From the NCBI RefSeq assembly GCF_902652985.1, contig NC_047018.1, forward strand, positions 24,552,001 through 24,616,000: a stretch of DNA of 64,000 nt, written 5' to 3'. The notes under the pieces are model-generated. The model was not told the origin of the DNA and did no database searches. It saw nothing but the letters and a program-made list of their open reading frames with translations. Origin of the DNA: Pecten maximus (taxonomy: Eukaryota). The translations under genes were made by a program, and so were the position numbers. Shown in pieces: positions 14,024 to 27,163 of this stretch. Every line of letters begins with the position of its first letter. The stretch's first letter is position 1.

Positions 14024-14754
14024 TGTCCAGTGGCACTGTCCATTACCTGTATAGGGGGATTTGTGGTCACACCTGACTGGCCGTAGTGCACTACTAGTTT
14101 ACCTGTAGCTTAAATGTAGTGCACTACTAGTTTAACCGTAGTGCACTAGGAGTGCACTAGGGTGTAAAGGTTAGCCTGCGCTCAACTGTACATTGTACAT
14201 GTATATTTAAAAGTATTTATGAATATATGACACAATAAATACTTGTTTTTTTTTCATGGAGAAACAGTCGTTGATACTACATATATCATTGGTATGATGT
14301 GAGTACCAATAAATGTAAAACGTCAACATTCATTCCTGTAAGCCTGTATAGCTAAAGATGCTGGCCTGTTCAATAGTTCAATAAAGTTTTACTTTTAGAC
14401 AGGTGACATTATATTATCGTCTACAAAAGATTAATAAACATGATATCACATTAACAAAATAACGTTGATTTTATAGAAAAATGCAACTGAATCGTATGTC
14501 ATAATATACGTGTAGAGAGACTAAATATGTGGTTAATTAGCTGCAGACGGTATGAAATCCTTAAGACCCACCCGTCGAAACTGGTGATGCAGGCGACATC
14601 ATACACAACACTTGTTCAGTAAATAATATGACAACAATGCACCGCGTTCTCTCTTCGTTATTAATATTGCCTCATGTCAATCAGCTTGCAATGGTGAATA
14701 TATAAATAATACGCATATTCATATTTTGTGCAGTTATTTTATATTCATACTTAC

Positions 14755-14900
14755 ACTGTTCACGCTGTTTTCTGTTTTCGTTTTCAGTGAAGTGTTTATC
14801 AGATGCAGATTGAGGTGACACTAAACGCAAAATGAACCGGATATGTTTTCCGGAAATTGGCAGACTGATCGTATTTTAGCAGACACCTGTCTCTGGTTTT
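14755..14900 (-). promoter_or_regulatory. Probable non-coding first exon and promoter of KAT14
   Basis: GTAAGT donor at 14754-14749 on minus strand; nearby CCGGA(A/T) ETS-like motifs (14837-14856) typical of housekeeping promoters; the first coding exon has an acceptor immediately before its ATG, so an upstream UTR exon is needed. Confidence 0.45.
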
Positions 14901-15511
14901 AGTCCCGGCTAAAACAATGATAGCTCATGTTTGATAACTATATATTATATATACTAACATTTGTAGCAAATGTAATGAAACAAGGATATCAGAAGAATGA
15001 AAATCCTTGTATAATTTCTATAAGCACCGTACGATAAATTTCCAATCCTGCCCTGTCTTTTTCACATAATTATTATATACATGTACATGTATCATATGAT
15101 TTTGTATGCTGAATAAGTGGATGTATCTATCCAAATGACACATTAATAAAATCATATTCCTGATTCAAATGCAGTCTTATTATCACCAAAAATGATTCAA
15201 ACTGATATAATTTTGTTATTTGTGCTGAAACTGCGCATTTATCAATTAACTAGTTCGTTAATTTATTTTACCAGCAGTTTTACATTATAACCACCAGCTT
15301 TAAAACTATGCCGTTTATCTTTTTTAAGATATTTCTTGTTACCTTTGACCCAATGAATTTGACCTTTGGTCACATCACAGACATATCTGCTTCTGGTTAG
15401 TAGTTCCCGCTACTAACCAGTTGTAGACTCCTGAGGTTATATCATGTAAGATTATAAACGTTTTATAGTAAAACATCGAACAATGATACATTAGCGAGCT
15501 AACATTGGTAT

Positions 15512-16135
15512 AATCACAGTGTGGCATACATGACAGTTTGGCATATATCACAGTGTGGCATACATGACAGTGTGGTATACATGACAGTGTGGCATTCATG
15601 ACTGTGTGGCATACATGACAGTGTGGCATACATCACAATGTGGCATACATGACAGTGTGGCATATATGACAGTGTGGCATACATCACAGTGTGGCATACA
15701 TGACTGTGTGGCATACATCACAGTGTGGCATACATCACAGTGTGGCATACATGACAGTGTGGCATACATCACAGTGTGGCATACATGACTGTGTGGCATA
15801 CATGACTGTGTGGCATACATCACAGTGTGGCATATATATATTAAACTATAGTGTGGCATATATGACTGTGGCATACATCACAATGTGGCATACATGACTG
15901 TGTGGCATACATCACAGTGCGACATACATCACAGTGTGGCATAAATCACTATGTGGCATAAATCACTATGTGGCATACATGACAGTGTGGCATACATCAC
16001 AGTGTGGCGTATATCACAGTGTGGCATACATGACTGTGTGGCATACATCACAGTGTGGCATATATATATTAAACTATAGTGTGGCATATATATTAAACGA
16101 TAGTGTGGCATACATGACTGTGTGGCATACATGAC
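15512..16135. repeat. 17-bp minisatellite
   Basis: Unit gtgtggcatacat(g/c)ac(a/t), ~36 copies; source of several spurious ORFs. Confidence 0.95.
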
Positions 16136-16198
16136 GATGATCTCAATTCATTCGGATTATTTTTTCTCTTTATTACACTTTAATTTCACAATCTAAAT

Positions 16199-16562
16199 AA
16201 AATCTAGATGGTCATTCTCACTACGTTAAATCTAGCAACAGCCCATGAGGTGTCACATTCTGATCACCTTTGAGATATTAATATTTTACTTTCAATGCGA
16301 ATTGTCAATTTGTCGATGTCATCTAAGCAAACCATTTCGGCACATTATTTATTTAGCTATATGCTTTGTGGGACGAAATGACTTGAAACAAATTGACAGA
16401 TTATGCAAGCTATGCACTCTAGTCTTTATAATTCGCAAACATAAAGTTCACTTCTAAGAATCTTGTAAGTAGTCATTTGATTAGCTAATCCAAAATGTCA
16501 CTCTGACGTGACCCCTTATGCGATGTACATGTAACGTAGTGAGAATGACCATATAGATTTTA
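16199..16562. mobile_element. MITE-like element
   Basis: ~31-bp TIRs taaaatctagatggtcattctcactacgtta / taacgtagtgagaatgaccatatagatttta. Confidence 0.72.
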
Positions 16563-18031
16563 ATTAGGCTGTTACATATCTTAGTATCATACATGTATAT
16601 ACATACGCTTGGTGTCGTTTTTTTCCTACGATATAAATCTTAAAATAATCATAACACCTGGTATGGCATCTGTGACATCCATACAATGAAACAGAGATGT
16701 CCGACAGTTTTGATTAAAGAACGAAATACTATTTATATTTCCATCGGTTTTATCAGAGGATCAACATCATATTTCAAATCTAAATAAATATCTGCCGGTG
16801 TGTTGACTATGTGTAAACAATAAACCGATAATTTGTTTCATGACCGATACGTTACATACTAAGTAACTATTGTAATTGTGTCGTGTTTTGCAGTAAAAAC
16901 TAAATGTCTACCGTTTAATTTCAACACCGACTGGGGACTACACAGTGACCGTTATACGTAATACGTTATTGATAATTTTGTCATTGTCCCTGGATAAACA
17001 CGGAAATTTGAAAACTAAGGTGTCAATATGGGGTTGAAGGAATGGTACTCGACAACACGTGGCGCGTAAAGATATGACTGATCATTAACCCAAATAATAG
17101 GTATTGTTTATCAGTCTACGTCCTGGTAAACAGGAAACCATTGGCTGAGTCGACATGTCATGTTATCATTGTACAATATCATTTTGATTATTGGCGTGGT
17201 AACATTATCTTTAATCACCAATTGCAAGTTATCACATCATTTTGATTTTTTCTCTTAGTAGTTCTTTTTTTTTCTTGCAAAATAAACTCTACATGAAATA
17301 TGAATGGCTTTATAGTATGTGGTATGTTGTAGTGTTGGACTAGTCACGGTGTCTAGAGTACACACGAAGCACCTTCGCAATAAAAAAAACCAGTGATTTC
17401 CGGCAGCTTTGATACAGGTAGACTCACAATGTTATAAACTTTTTAACGGGCTCCGAGAATCTTTACCGTTGAGCGTTGACAAGGCCCTAGGTTTTACTAG
17501 AGGATCAACATTTTGTTATTAAAAAGTCTCTAGGTGTGTCGAGCATGTAAACAATAAAATGTATCCATATGTTGTCAATCTCTTACAGTATATTTTAGTA
17601 TCGTATAATGTTTATACAATATAAAATACATACATTCCTGGGTATTCAGCATATTTGTGTGTTGACAATTTTGATAATGAAAAAGTACTATACCAACGAG
17701 AAAGTTAGCTGCCTTATATCATTATCGGTATAAGGTATGCATGATTGAAGAAATGACGTTCAACAAAACACTTAGTCTAACCAAAACAATGTAACGTACC
17801 ATGACTGAACACTGTAATATTCCAATGTTTTATTAGAAGAGAACAATGTAGGCAAATTAAAGACGTTTCCAATACTTTTGTAAACTTGCAAATAATCCAT
17901 TGATTTAAACTAAACAACATGAAGATTGCGTTAACATTATTTTTATTGTTCATTTTTAGACGATTAGGTATATAGAATATGTGTGTTTTGAAAACAGTTT
18001 CATTTTCCATTCTTCGAAGACAATTGTTGTG

Positions 18032-19247
18032 TCAATTCGTCGCTAATTCATCTTGTTTGGTGGATGTGTAACTGTTTAAAAACTTTATCACATTTGGGTG
18101 AAGAGCCGTGCCAAGTCCCTTCCCCGGCGGGAAATCCCTGAAATAGCCGTACTGTTTCAGCCGAAGTTCTTTTATATAAGATATTTCCGGTATGGTCATA
18201 TAATGGCAATCCTTCCCAGTAACAATAAAAGCATTACTCCATCTTGATATCACAACTTCAAACGTATCATCACTTTCTGGATTTTGTTGACAAAAGAATT
18301 CCATGTCACGTCTCAGACGTCTAAAATAAAGCACTTCCTCATATATATCTGGGCCTTGTTCACGTAACTGAGCTTGTATTTTCTTATAGAAATGATCATA
18401 GAGTGCGTAATCAATCTCGTCCCAAACTTTGTGTCGATAGGCGTCGCCTGGGTTGAAGAAAAACTCTCCTCTGCCTTTTCTTTTCACGTTTTGCTTCATA
18501 TATAAAACATCTTTAATTTTCCAATTCAACAGCCTTCTCATAAGAATAATTGATTCATCAAAAAGTTCTACGACAATGACTAGCTCGAACTCCGTATCTA
18601 ATTTCAGAATATATTGCTGAATTTCTGTTTTGTTTCTAGTTTGGAACACATGTGACGGAAAATTGTATTCGACTGCCATTCTGTTGTCAAGGAAACTAAG
18701 TGATGTTCCATTGTTATAAAATTTCGGATTCTCCAAGAATCTGGAAACTGGAAACGGGTCATCGATTTCAAAAACTTGTTTTGGTCTGAAATAATTAAGT
18801 ACCGATTTAAAGTGTTCAAACGGGTCTCTTACGATTCCAATGTAGACAGTGTCCCTGGGCATGATCAGTTCGAACGCTGTCCTGTTGTAGATCACATGAC
18901 AACAGAGAATATCGTACGACCTGTTCCTGGGCGCCGGAAGTATGTTCCTGCTTGTCACTGTACTGTGGATACTTATTATATTCGGATAGAAAAACTTGGG
19001 GACGTAAGGCATGACGACTAGGAGGTCTCGCTGCATGGCGAACCTCAAGAAGATATTCTGGACGGTTGTGCTGGCGGCTTTGTGTACTTTCACGAAAGCA
19101 ATATGGCGTTTCTCCACACGCCGTGGGCTTTTGTACACTAACGTTTGTTCTGTAGAAAGTTTGTCACGACCTTGACTTCCTGTGTACAGGACATACGACG
19201 ACCAGACGACGTACAGCGTCAACATCAACAGAAACAGGAAGTAGCTC
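18032..19247 (-). CDS. Galactose-3-O-sulfotransferase (GAL3ST family) type II Golgi membrane protein, main coding exon
   Basis: 398-aa ORF with 5'-PAPS-binding motif HIAFVKVHKAASTTVQNIFLRF, 3'-PB motif IVRDPFEHFKSVLNY, FDESIILMRRLLNW and DYALYDHF, all characteristic of GAL3ST. Hydrophobic N-terminus (SYFLFLLMLTLYVVW) follows a (CT)n tract + AG acceptor at 19249-19248, so the start codon is probably on a short upstream exon that I could not place. Confidence 0.88.
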
Positions 19248-20670
19248 CTATTGGAGAGAGAGAGAAAGATTTATACGCATGCACAAACGATCAGAATCAA
19301 GCTTGGTACATCGTGAGCCTTATAGCAATACACAGAAGAGCTATCATTTTGCTGATCGGATACCATACAGACGAAGGAAAATATGGAAACATTATTTTTG
19401 GTTTCTGAAATTTCTGCCTCTTTAATTGGAAAATAAGGCAACAAAGTTGCTGATCTATGCTGCCAGCTCAACTGAATCGACTCAATCTCCTAAATGTGTA
19501 TATTTATGTTTCACCGATACGATGATTAGTGTGAGGTGATTATCTACATTTATTTAGGAGTGTAAGAATAAAAAAATGGACAATGGTTCAATAACACTCG
19601 TGAATTTATATCGTCATCGAATATGCTTTCAGTTGTCATTATTATATACCTACCTTACTTTCTTCATTGTTCTAGTCTGTTCCGATGGATCCTACTTTCT
19701 TCATTGTTCTAGTCTGTTCCGATGGATCCTACATATGTGTACTTTTTTGTTGAGCCAAATACTTTTCTTCTGTGTTTTAAACTTCTAAAATATATAACAA
19801 TTTAACGAAGACACACCATGAAATTGGAAGCATGATGAATCAGATCAATGTCTGATGCTATCTGCAAATCTTATTCTATCAAATAGCCTGCTTTGTCGTA
19901 GCTCCGGACACGTGTGTACAGCGTTTGTCCTGATTTGCGTTCATGGGATAAAGTTGTTTCCTGCCACTATAAAATCCCAAGACATTTTCCGGTCACAATC
20001 TCAGTCGGGATATGGATTTTTCTAAATTGTTATAAACCTCACACATCACACAGACAAATGTATTCAACAACAGCGAATTAACGTTTAACTAGATCCCATA
20101 AACTATAACATTTGAATTGACGTGGCGGTTCATTGTGTATTCACCTTTAGTTTAGATTGGGATTGTATATTTATTATTTGGTACATGTCTATCTCGCTTG
20201 TTTTGTTAGATCCTGCATTTGTGTATTAAATGTTTGATACAGTTTCGTATAAGTATATAGCCGACTTATTTTAGTTTCCATATGAGGCTGAATCGAAATG
20301 AACAGAACAGATACAAGACACCTAGCCGAATCTTTCGCTTTTAATTTCAGATATATTTATGACGAGTTTTTTTAGAATAATGAAACATTAACCAGAACGG
20401 ACAACTTCCACAAAGCAATGCAACCATGATTATTTCAATTTCCCTACTGATAATTTTCATGTATCGAAACGACAATCCCTGTTTGTTCACCTCAGGTGTA
20501 AAGGTGTCACCTTTGATTAAATGTCCTAAGCCTTGATGTGATAGACGTTGACTACTGACGGGAAAAGGTACACCACAGGGATTCGTGAGATATAATTGAT
20601 GAAGACGACCAGGAAATTTTATGGTCGCTATCATAATATCAGTGGAAACATTCTATGCATGTATATATGA

Positions 20671-20751
20671 AGCCCGAGTTTCCTCTGGCCCTGACACCAT
20701 GTCTATTGTCCCTACACCAGACATGGTGTCAGGGCCAGAGGAACTCGGGCT
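20671..20751. repeat. Near-perfect 81-bp hairpin
   Basis: agcccgagtttcctctggccctgacaccatgtct-[attgtccctacacc]-agacatggtgtcagggccagaggaactcgggct. Confidence 0.9.
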
Positions 20752-22699
20752 AGTATATATGAAGCTAGACGTGTTTGATGCTGAACATGTTTCGTTATTT
20801 TTGTACCGGATCTCATTTAAAAAAGGAACCTACACGAGTGCCTAGGCCATATGTCATTTCTTAAGCAAGTTCAATAATTAAGTATGCCATGATCTTTTGG
20901 GCTGATTTTTTAACTTCGTTTAGTAAATAATTGCGTATGATATAATCAAGCGTGTAACATTTTGTTTATCATATAACTCATATTTATGAGAATGTAAGTG
21001 AAAACTCTCCATTTCAATCTGTGTATACAGAGGAAGAGTCACGGTATACGGTAACAAGGTTTTATAAATATGGCTTGTGTCCGGAATACCTTGTCTTACT
21101 CTCCCTGCACTTTTTCAAAGGTCTTAGAGTAATTAAGGGACTATTCCGCTGATCATATTATAAATATTCTTTATTAAGAATCATGTCGGTATTACGTATA
21201 TCTTGTTGTATCGACAAAGCAGATTGACATGCAAAGAAACAAAGCACAAAATGACACGAACAAGAACAACAAAAAGTATTATTTACTTTTGTATTACAAT
21301 ACAATTGTATGGATATATTTTTCGCAAAGCACAATCAATTTAATAATATCGATTCTTTACTATTTCATAGGCAAGTTGATGGCAAGTAAGCATAATATTG
21401 ATACACAAAAGATACGGAATGGATGCAGAAGGAAATTCTACACCGGGAAAAGTTCTACACATTTCTGTTTTATGGAAATATTTATACTTATTAAAAACAT
21501 ATAAACTGTACATTGTCTTTTTAATATGACGATACCGTACTCCGAATGTCTCTGCTTGCTTACCTATCAGTTTCAGTATGTTCTTTACAGGTTCAGTAAG
21601 TTTTTTACAGTTTCAGTATGTTCTTTACTGAAATCAGGTGAGTGGTATGTGGGGATTGTACCTACTTACAGCTTATCCCTTTTCGTTGTTATCGTCATAA
21701 CAACACTGAGTAAACAATAATTTATATGTTTTCATACTTTTCAGGTCACAAGGCTATTATGCTATAAATTATCATTCAAATGTTGGATTTGGGGTACCCC
21801 TCGACCTGACCGATATCGAGTCCAGGAACCAGATATTTCATATATCACCATAGACTAATCCAATACGATAACGGTATGTATGTACATAATACATTATTGA
21901 TAATGATATAATACACAAGAAACGTACGAATGTACATGAAATTGTTTATCACGATAATGGATTTTAAAGATACTACAGCACCGACATCCTAAATACTGCC
22001 TATTAGAAAATAATGCATAAAATGGCACCCACGGTATACTTAATACGAACAAATAAAAAAGATAATGGTGTTCTAATAATGCTTTTTTTTAAGACCTAAA
22101 GCTATAATCGAAACATAAAACGTTGACTGTTATCAAAACAAACGAGTCGATATTAATGAAAGGGGGGAAAGTATATTGCATATGTGTGTATGACCCAGTT
22201 TAAAATGATGCTAACAACTTTTTACGTTGACAATTCAGTCGTAAGGGCTTACTAGTTGCGTCGGTAAATAAAAGAATAAGTGTAAGCGCACCTGCGCACA
22301 ATTGGAATACCTTACCTTGCGTTTCCACGAAAAAGTCGATGCGACAGGTTTTTATAGACGGAGCACAATATAATTTCTCCCTAAACGCTAACAATTATTT
22401 TCTACTTTAAACCTTAAATATTCAATTAGAAGCTCAAAGTTTTGGAGGAGGTTATAGCATTAAGCTATTACCCGGGTAAGTACTCTCCGTTGGCGCTGTA
22501 ACATCTCAAAGCAATTACAGTAAAGCAACAAAATATAACAAAAACATACTTTAGTTATACAATATATAGCACATGATAAATGAAATTCTTAGAAAAAAAA
22601 GTATCCAAATGTGAGGTAATATTTTGTTAGACAGCTGTTCCATAGCCATCCTTTCGTGGTAATCACCAGCACTATTAACTTATATACGCTTATGTATTC

Positions 22700-23220
22700 A
22701 ATTGTTATTTGTCGTGATGAATTAACATCATTTTATGTCATAGTGGATTAACATTTTTTTTCGTGATGGATTGATATTGTTATTTGTCGTAGTGGATTAA
22801 CACTATTCTTTGTTGTGGTGGATTAACGTTGTTCTTTGTTGTGGTCGATTAACACTGTTCTTTGACATGGTGGATTAACGTTGTTCTTTGTCGTGGTGGA
22901 TTAACACTGTTCTTTGTCGTGGTGGATTAACACTGTTCTTTGTCGTGGTGGATTAACGTTGTTCTTTGACATGGTGGATTAACGTTGTTCTTTATCGTGG
23001 TGGATTAACACTGTTCTTTGTCGTGGTGGATTAACACTGTTATTTGTCGTGGTGGATTAACAATGTTCTTTGTCGTGGTGGATTAACACTGTTCTTTGTC
23101 GTGGTGGATTAACACTGTTCTTTGTCGTGGTGGATTAACAATGTTCTTTGTCGTGGTGGATTAATGTTGTTCTTTGTCGTGGAGGATTAACACTGTTCTT
23201 TGTCGTGGTGGATTAACACA
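22700..23220. repeat. 26-bp minisatellite just downstream of the gene A stop (likely 3' UTR)
   Basis: Unit ctgttctttgtcgtggtggattaaca, ~20 copies, decaying leftwards. Confidence 0.92.
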
Positions 23221-23351
23221 ATATCGCCAGCCTTAACACCTTGTATACGTTATGTACTACATGTAATTGACCTTTGTCGTGCTAGACAAATTGACACAAT
23301 GAACCACACTCCATTCCGTTGTAACAAGTCAAGAAAATTAAATCTCCGTTC

Positions 23352-26300
23352 TTAGCAGTTGGCATAGACATTTGCTGTCTCCACGTGGTCTTTCATCACC
23401 GTGTAGCAATACTCATACTGTGCCTAGAAAATGAAAACAGTATCAAAACGTTGAATTATATACATATGGCATTGAAACGACGTAGAATGACCATGTATAT
23501 TAGACGGATTTTCATATATGGTAAATGTTATTTCAACGCTCATGTATTTTCACATTGTTACAAAATACTATATACAGTTTTCTTGTATAGAATGTATCTA
23601 TCTAACAAAACTTAGGGATGTTTGGTTTGTTTTGTTAAACGTCCTGTTAACAACCATGGTCATTTAAGGACGTCCCAGGTTTTGGAGGTGGAGAGACCCC
23701 GGGATACCCGGAGATATAGATAACGGTATAGCTAACGATAAATAGCGATACTACGTATATGTTGTAACAATTTAATGTTACGAATTAGTGATTGTAATGA
23801 AATGGATAATTTTACAGGATCATATGTTGTTTTGACATCTATATACATTGTAAATTGGTATAAAATGCAGAAATAACCTTATTAGGCAGACACTGTGGTC
23901 TTCGGATCTGAAGCTGCCTGACTGCCGCAATGATGTCTATGTCCCCGTCGACCTTCAGGCGTTCCATTACATTACATAGAACACACAACAGTCCGCTGTC
24001 TGTAGCACCATCACTAAAATACATAAATATACATTACCTTTTAGTATTGGCCCAGTAAATACACATTACCTTACAGTATTGGCCAAGTTATTAGTCCGAA
24101 AAATCTTTCACATTCCTGCATAGAAGCTAGAAATCACAGTATGGCATGTAGGAACGATTTTGTCAACGAAACACATTTTACCGCCTATGTGTGCTCGTAT
24201 ACCTAGTGCCTAGATTGGAAATTAAAAATTAACTTTATTAACAGATGTTAACAACATGAGGAACGAGTATTTCAAACTCATTGTACCATGAGTTGAGTAT
24301 CTTTGTATTTCGTACACACTCTCACTACACATTCTATACTTACAGACAGGTAATGACAATGGGTGATGTCGCGCTGTCCCTGAAGGATAGGACTTGTTGA
24401 ATCATATCCAACATCGAATTTGTTGGCGGTACTGTTCCTCCACCATTCCAAGATGAAGTTTCAAGAATGGTTACGGCAGTTTCAGTGGCATTTCTCTAGT
24501 AAGATATAATATTGTATATGATTCATTAAGGCTTATGATATACAGGTATAATCGACCAAAGGAAGTAAGTATATAATCCTACCGACAATTTCCTGATTAT
24601 TATATCGATATCTTCAGTCACTAAACTTGACAATATTGTCCAAGCTGGTTATTCAACTCTATTTTCAATATTTTAGCAGCTTTTTACTTGGGTGTGAGAC
24701 CAAACTTCACGCTTCGAGATTTATTACAGTTTTGAAATATCACCTTGTCTTGAAGTATCATCTTTCTTTGAATCAATACATCAGGCACCATTGCTTTATT
24801 CTGTTTTCCCTCATACTTAAGGGTGAAGTCCCCAAAGGTTTCAACGCGTCCTTCCTCTACAGGCCATGGAATGCAATCCTTAAAATATATAAAAAGTACG
24901 TATTTCTTCAATATATGAATAGAATGCACCTTTAGAATATTTTAGAATTATTATTGTTTGTTAAATAATCACAGCAATTTCCTTGATTGCTCACAACGTT
25001 TGTTGATCAGGTAAGTTATTATTTCCTTTTCTGTATCGTTCAGTATAGAAATAATGTGACATGGTATATATTCATAATAATATTTGATTGTCTTGTACCC
25101 ATAGTGTACCTATCGACTGTACCTGTGGTATACCTATCGACTGTACCCGTGGTGTACCTATCGACTGTACCTGTGGTATACCTATCGACTTTACCTGTGG
25201 TATACCTATCGACTGTACCTGTGGTATACCTATCGACTGTACCTGTGGTATACCTATCAACTTTACCTGTGGTATACCTATCGACTTTACCTGTGGTATA
25301 CCTATCAACTTTACATGTGGTATACCTATCAACTTTACCTGTGGTATACCTATCGACTTTACCTGTAGTATATCTATCGACTTTACCTGTGGTATACCTA
25401 TCGACTGTACCTGTGGTTTACCTATCGATTTTACCTGTGGTGTACCTATCGACTTTACCTGTGGTGAACCTATCGACTTTACCTGTGGTATACCTATCGA
25501 CTTTACCTGTGGTATACCTATCGACTGTACCTGTGGTTTACCTATCGATTTTACCTGTGGTGTACCTATCGACTTTACCTGTGGTGAACCTATCGACTTT
25601 ACCTGTGGTATACCTATCGACTTTACCTGAAGTTTACCTATCGACTGTACCTGTGGTATACCTATCGACTTTACCTGTGGTTTACCTATCGACTTTACCT
25701 GAGGTTTACCTATCGACTTTACCTGTGGTTTACCTATCGACTTTACCTTAGGTGTATCTATCGACTTTACCTGTGGTGAACCTATCGATACCACGACTTC
25801 GACTAGCTGTTGTGACACCATGGACCAGAAGTCTACGACCGTGTTGTGTAGAGGATGCTGTGTCAGGATGTATCCATGTGGGTCTCGGTAGCTCTAAAAT
25901 GTACACGTTTTTATTCTTTTATTTTTTTTGTAATTCTTATATACATGTATATATGCTATTGAATATTTTCATATATTCATTTCTAATTTTTGATTCCACA
26001 AGGATATATGAATTTCTTTCCGTGTATGGAATTAAAAACAAAAGAAACATTAGAAATTAACAACTGATTTCAATTTTCATTTCTTTCATATATAAAGCAT
26101 AAGCAATATATATGATATTGAATAAATTATTATATATATATATATATATAATCAAAATCAACTATATACAACGTTTAAAGAAGGAAATTGATACAGTATT
26201 TTGTATATATTATGGAAGTGTTAATTAATCTGATTTGTCGAATTGTTCAGTATCTGAATTTTTACCGGTACTTTAATTGCGTTGATATAGTTGGATACTG

Positions 26301-27163
26301 TTGAAGGTAGGTACAGCCGGTATTTTTCCACTGTAAGAAACCAAATTTCTTTAATGATACTAAAACTCATACATCAGAAGGTGGCATTTAAGCTACTCTA
26401 TATCAAAATATAAAGTGAACCTGGGTTTAGTTTAACCATACATTTGAATTCCGTTTTAAACAAAACGAAATAAAATTGCACATAAGTTAATAGCATGTAA
26501 CAAACAAATATGGCAGTATTTCATGAACGGTTGATATCTATATTAGCAACTGCTCCATGTAGGTTTCAAACTCCCAACCCAGAGGTGGAGGGCTAGTGTT
26601 AAAAGTGTCGGGACACCTTAACCACTCGGTCACCGCGGCCTCACATATAATAAAACCGTACAATGTACATTATATACATGTATAATAAAGCGCGGAAAAT
26701 ATATACAATTAAGTGTTGAACAAGTTTCTTTCTACTTTACATTCGACAAATAACAAACGATTGGTGTTTTTAATATATTCTTGTACAAACAATCGTATGT
26801 CAACATTATCAGCCTTGTTCATACTATACTCACCTGTGCATCTTTACATGTACGATTTATTGAACATATATTCTGATTATTGATTGATAAGGAAATAATA
26901 AGGAAGATACATTGTATGTATTGTTAATCAATGGTAATAATATGTAGCTCGGATGTTTTATTATTTATATATTACACACTGGCTATGTTACAGTTGTATT
27001 TAAATGTGTTCTTAAGCGAACTTTCACATCACCGTATAAGTAAAAACCTGAAATTGAACTCACCAGCTAAAACTGAGAGATCCTTGTTCTTCCTCTTGTT
27101 AGTTTTATTGAGGGCAGTCTCAACCTCTTTGCCCCCATACGTAGGCCTGTGCCGCTCCAAAAC
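23352..27163 (-). CDS. Gene A PTP domain D2 (pseudophosphatase-type) exons and C-terminus
   Basis: Motifs NYINAIKVP, YILTQHPLHNTVVDFWSMV, PIVITCLDGATDSGL (signature Arg lost), VRQLQIRRP, QYEYCY; stop TAA at 23354-23352 after ANVYANC. Confidence 0.88.

Noticed and set aside
15375-16134. Cys/His-rich ORFs resembling metal-binding or CxxCH heme proteins
   Set aside because: Translations of the 17-bp minisatellite in several frames on both strands.
19271-19280. ATG at 19280 as GAL3ST start
   Set aside because: Out of frame and hits TAG at 19250-19248; the (CT)n..AG is better read as a splice acceptor.
18032-23352. Functional link between the galactose sulfotransferase and the adjacent lectin receptors
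   Set aside because: Only adjacency supports it, which is weak evidence in animal genomes.
24987-25751. 254-aa and 180-aa plus-strand ORFs (VVYLSTLP / CGIPIDFT repeats)
   Set aside because: By-products of a stop-free 24-bp minisatellite, antisense to the PTP gene.
26548-26640. tRNA gene candidates (also 40965-41035)
   Set aside because: A/B boxes are present but no complete cloverleaf; they continue into SINE body sequence.
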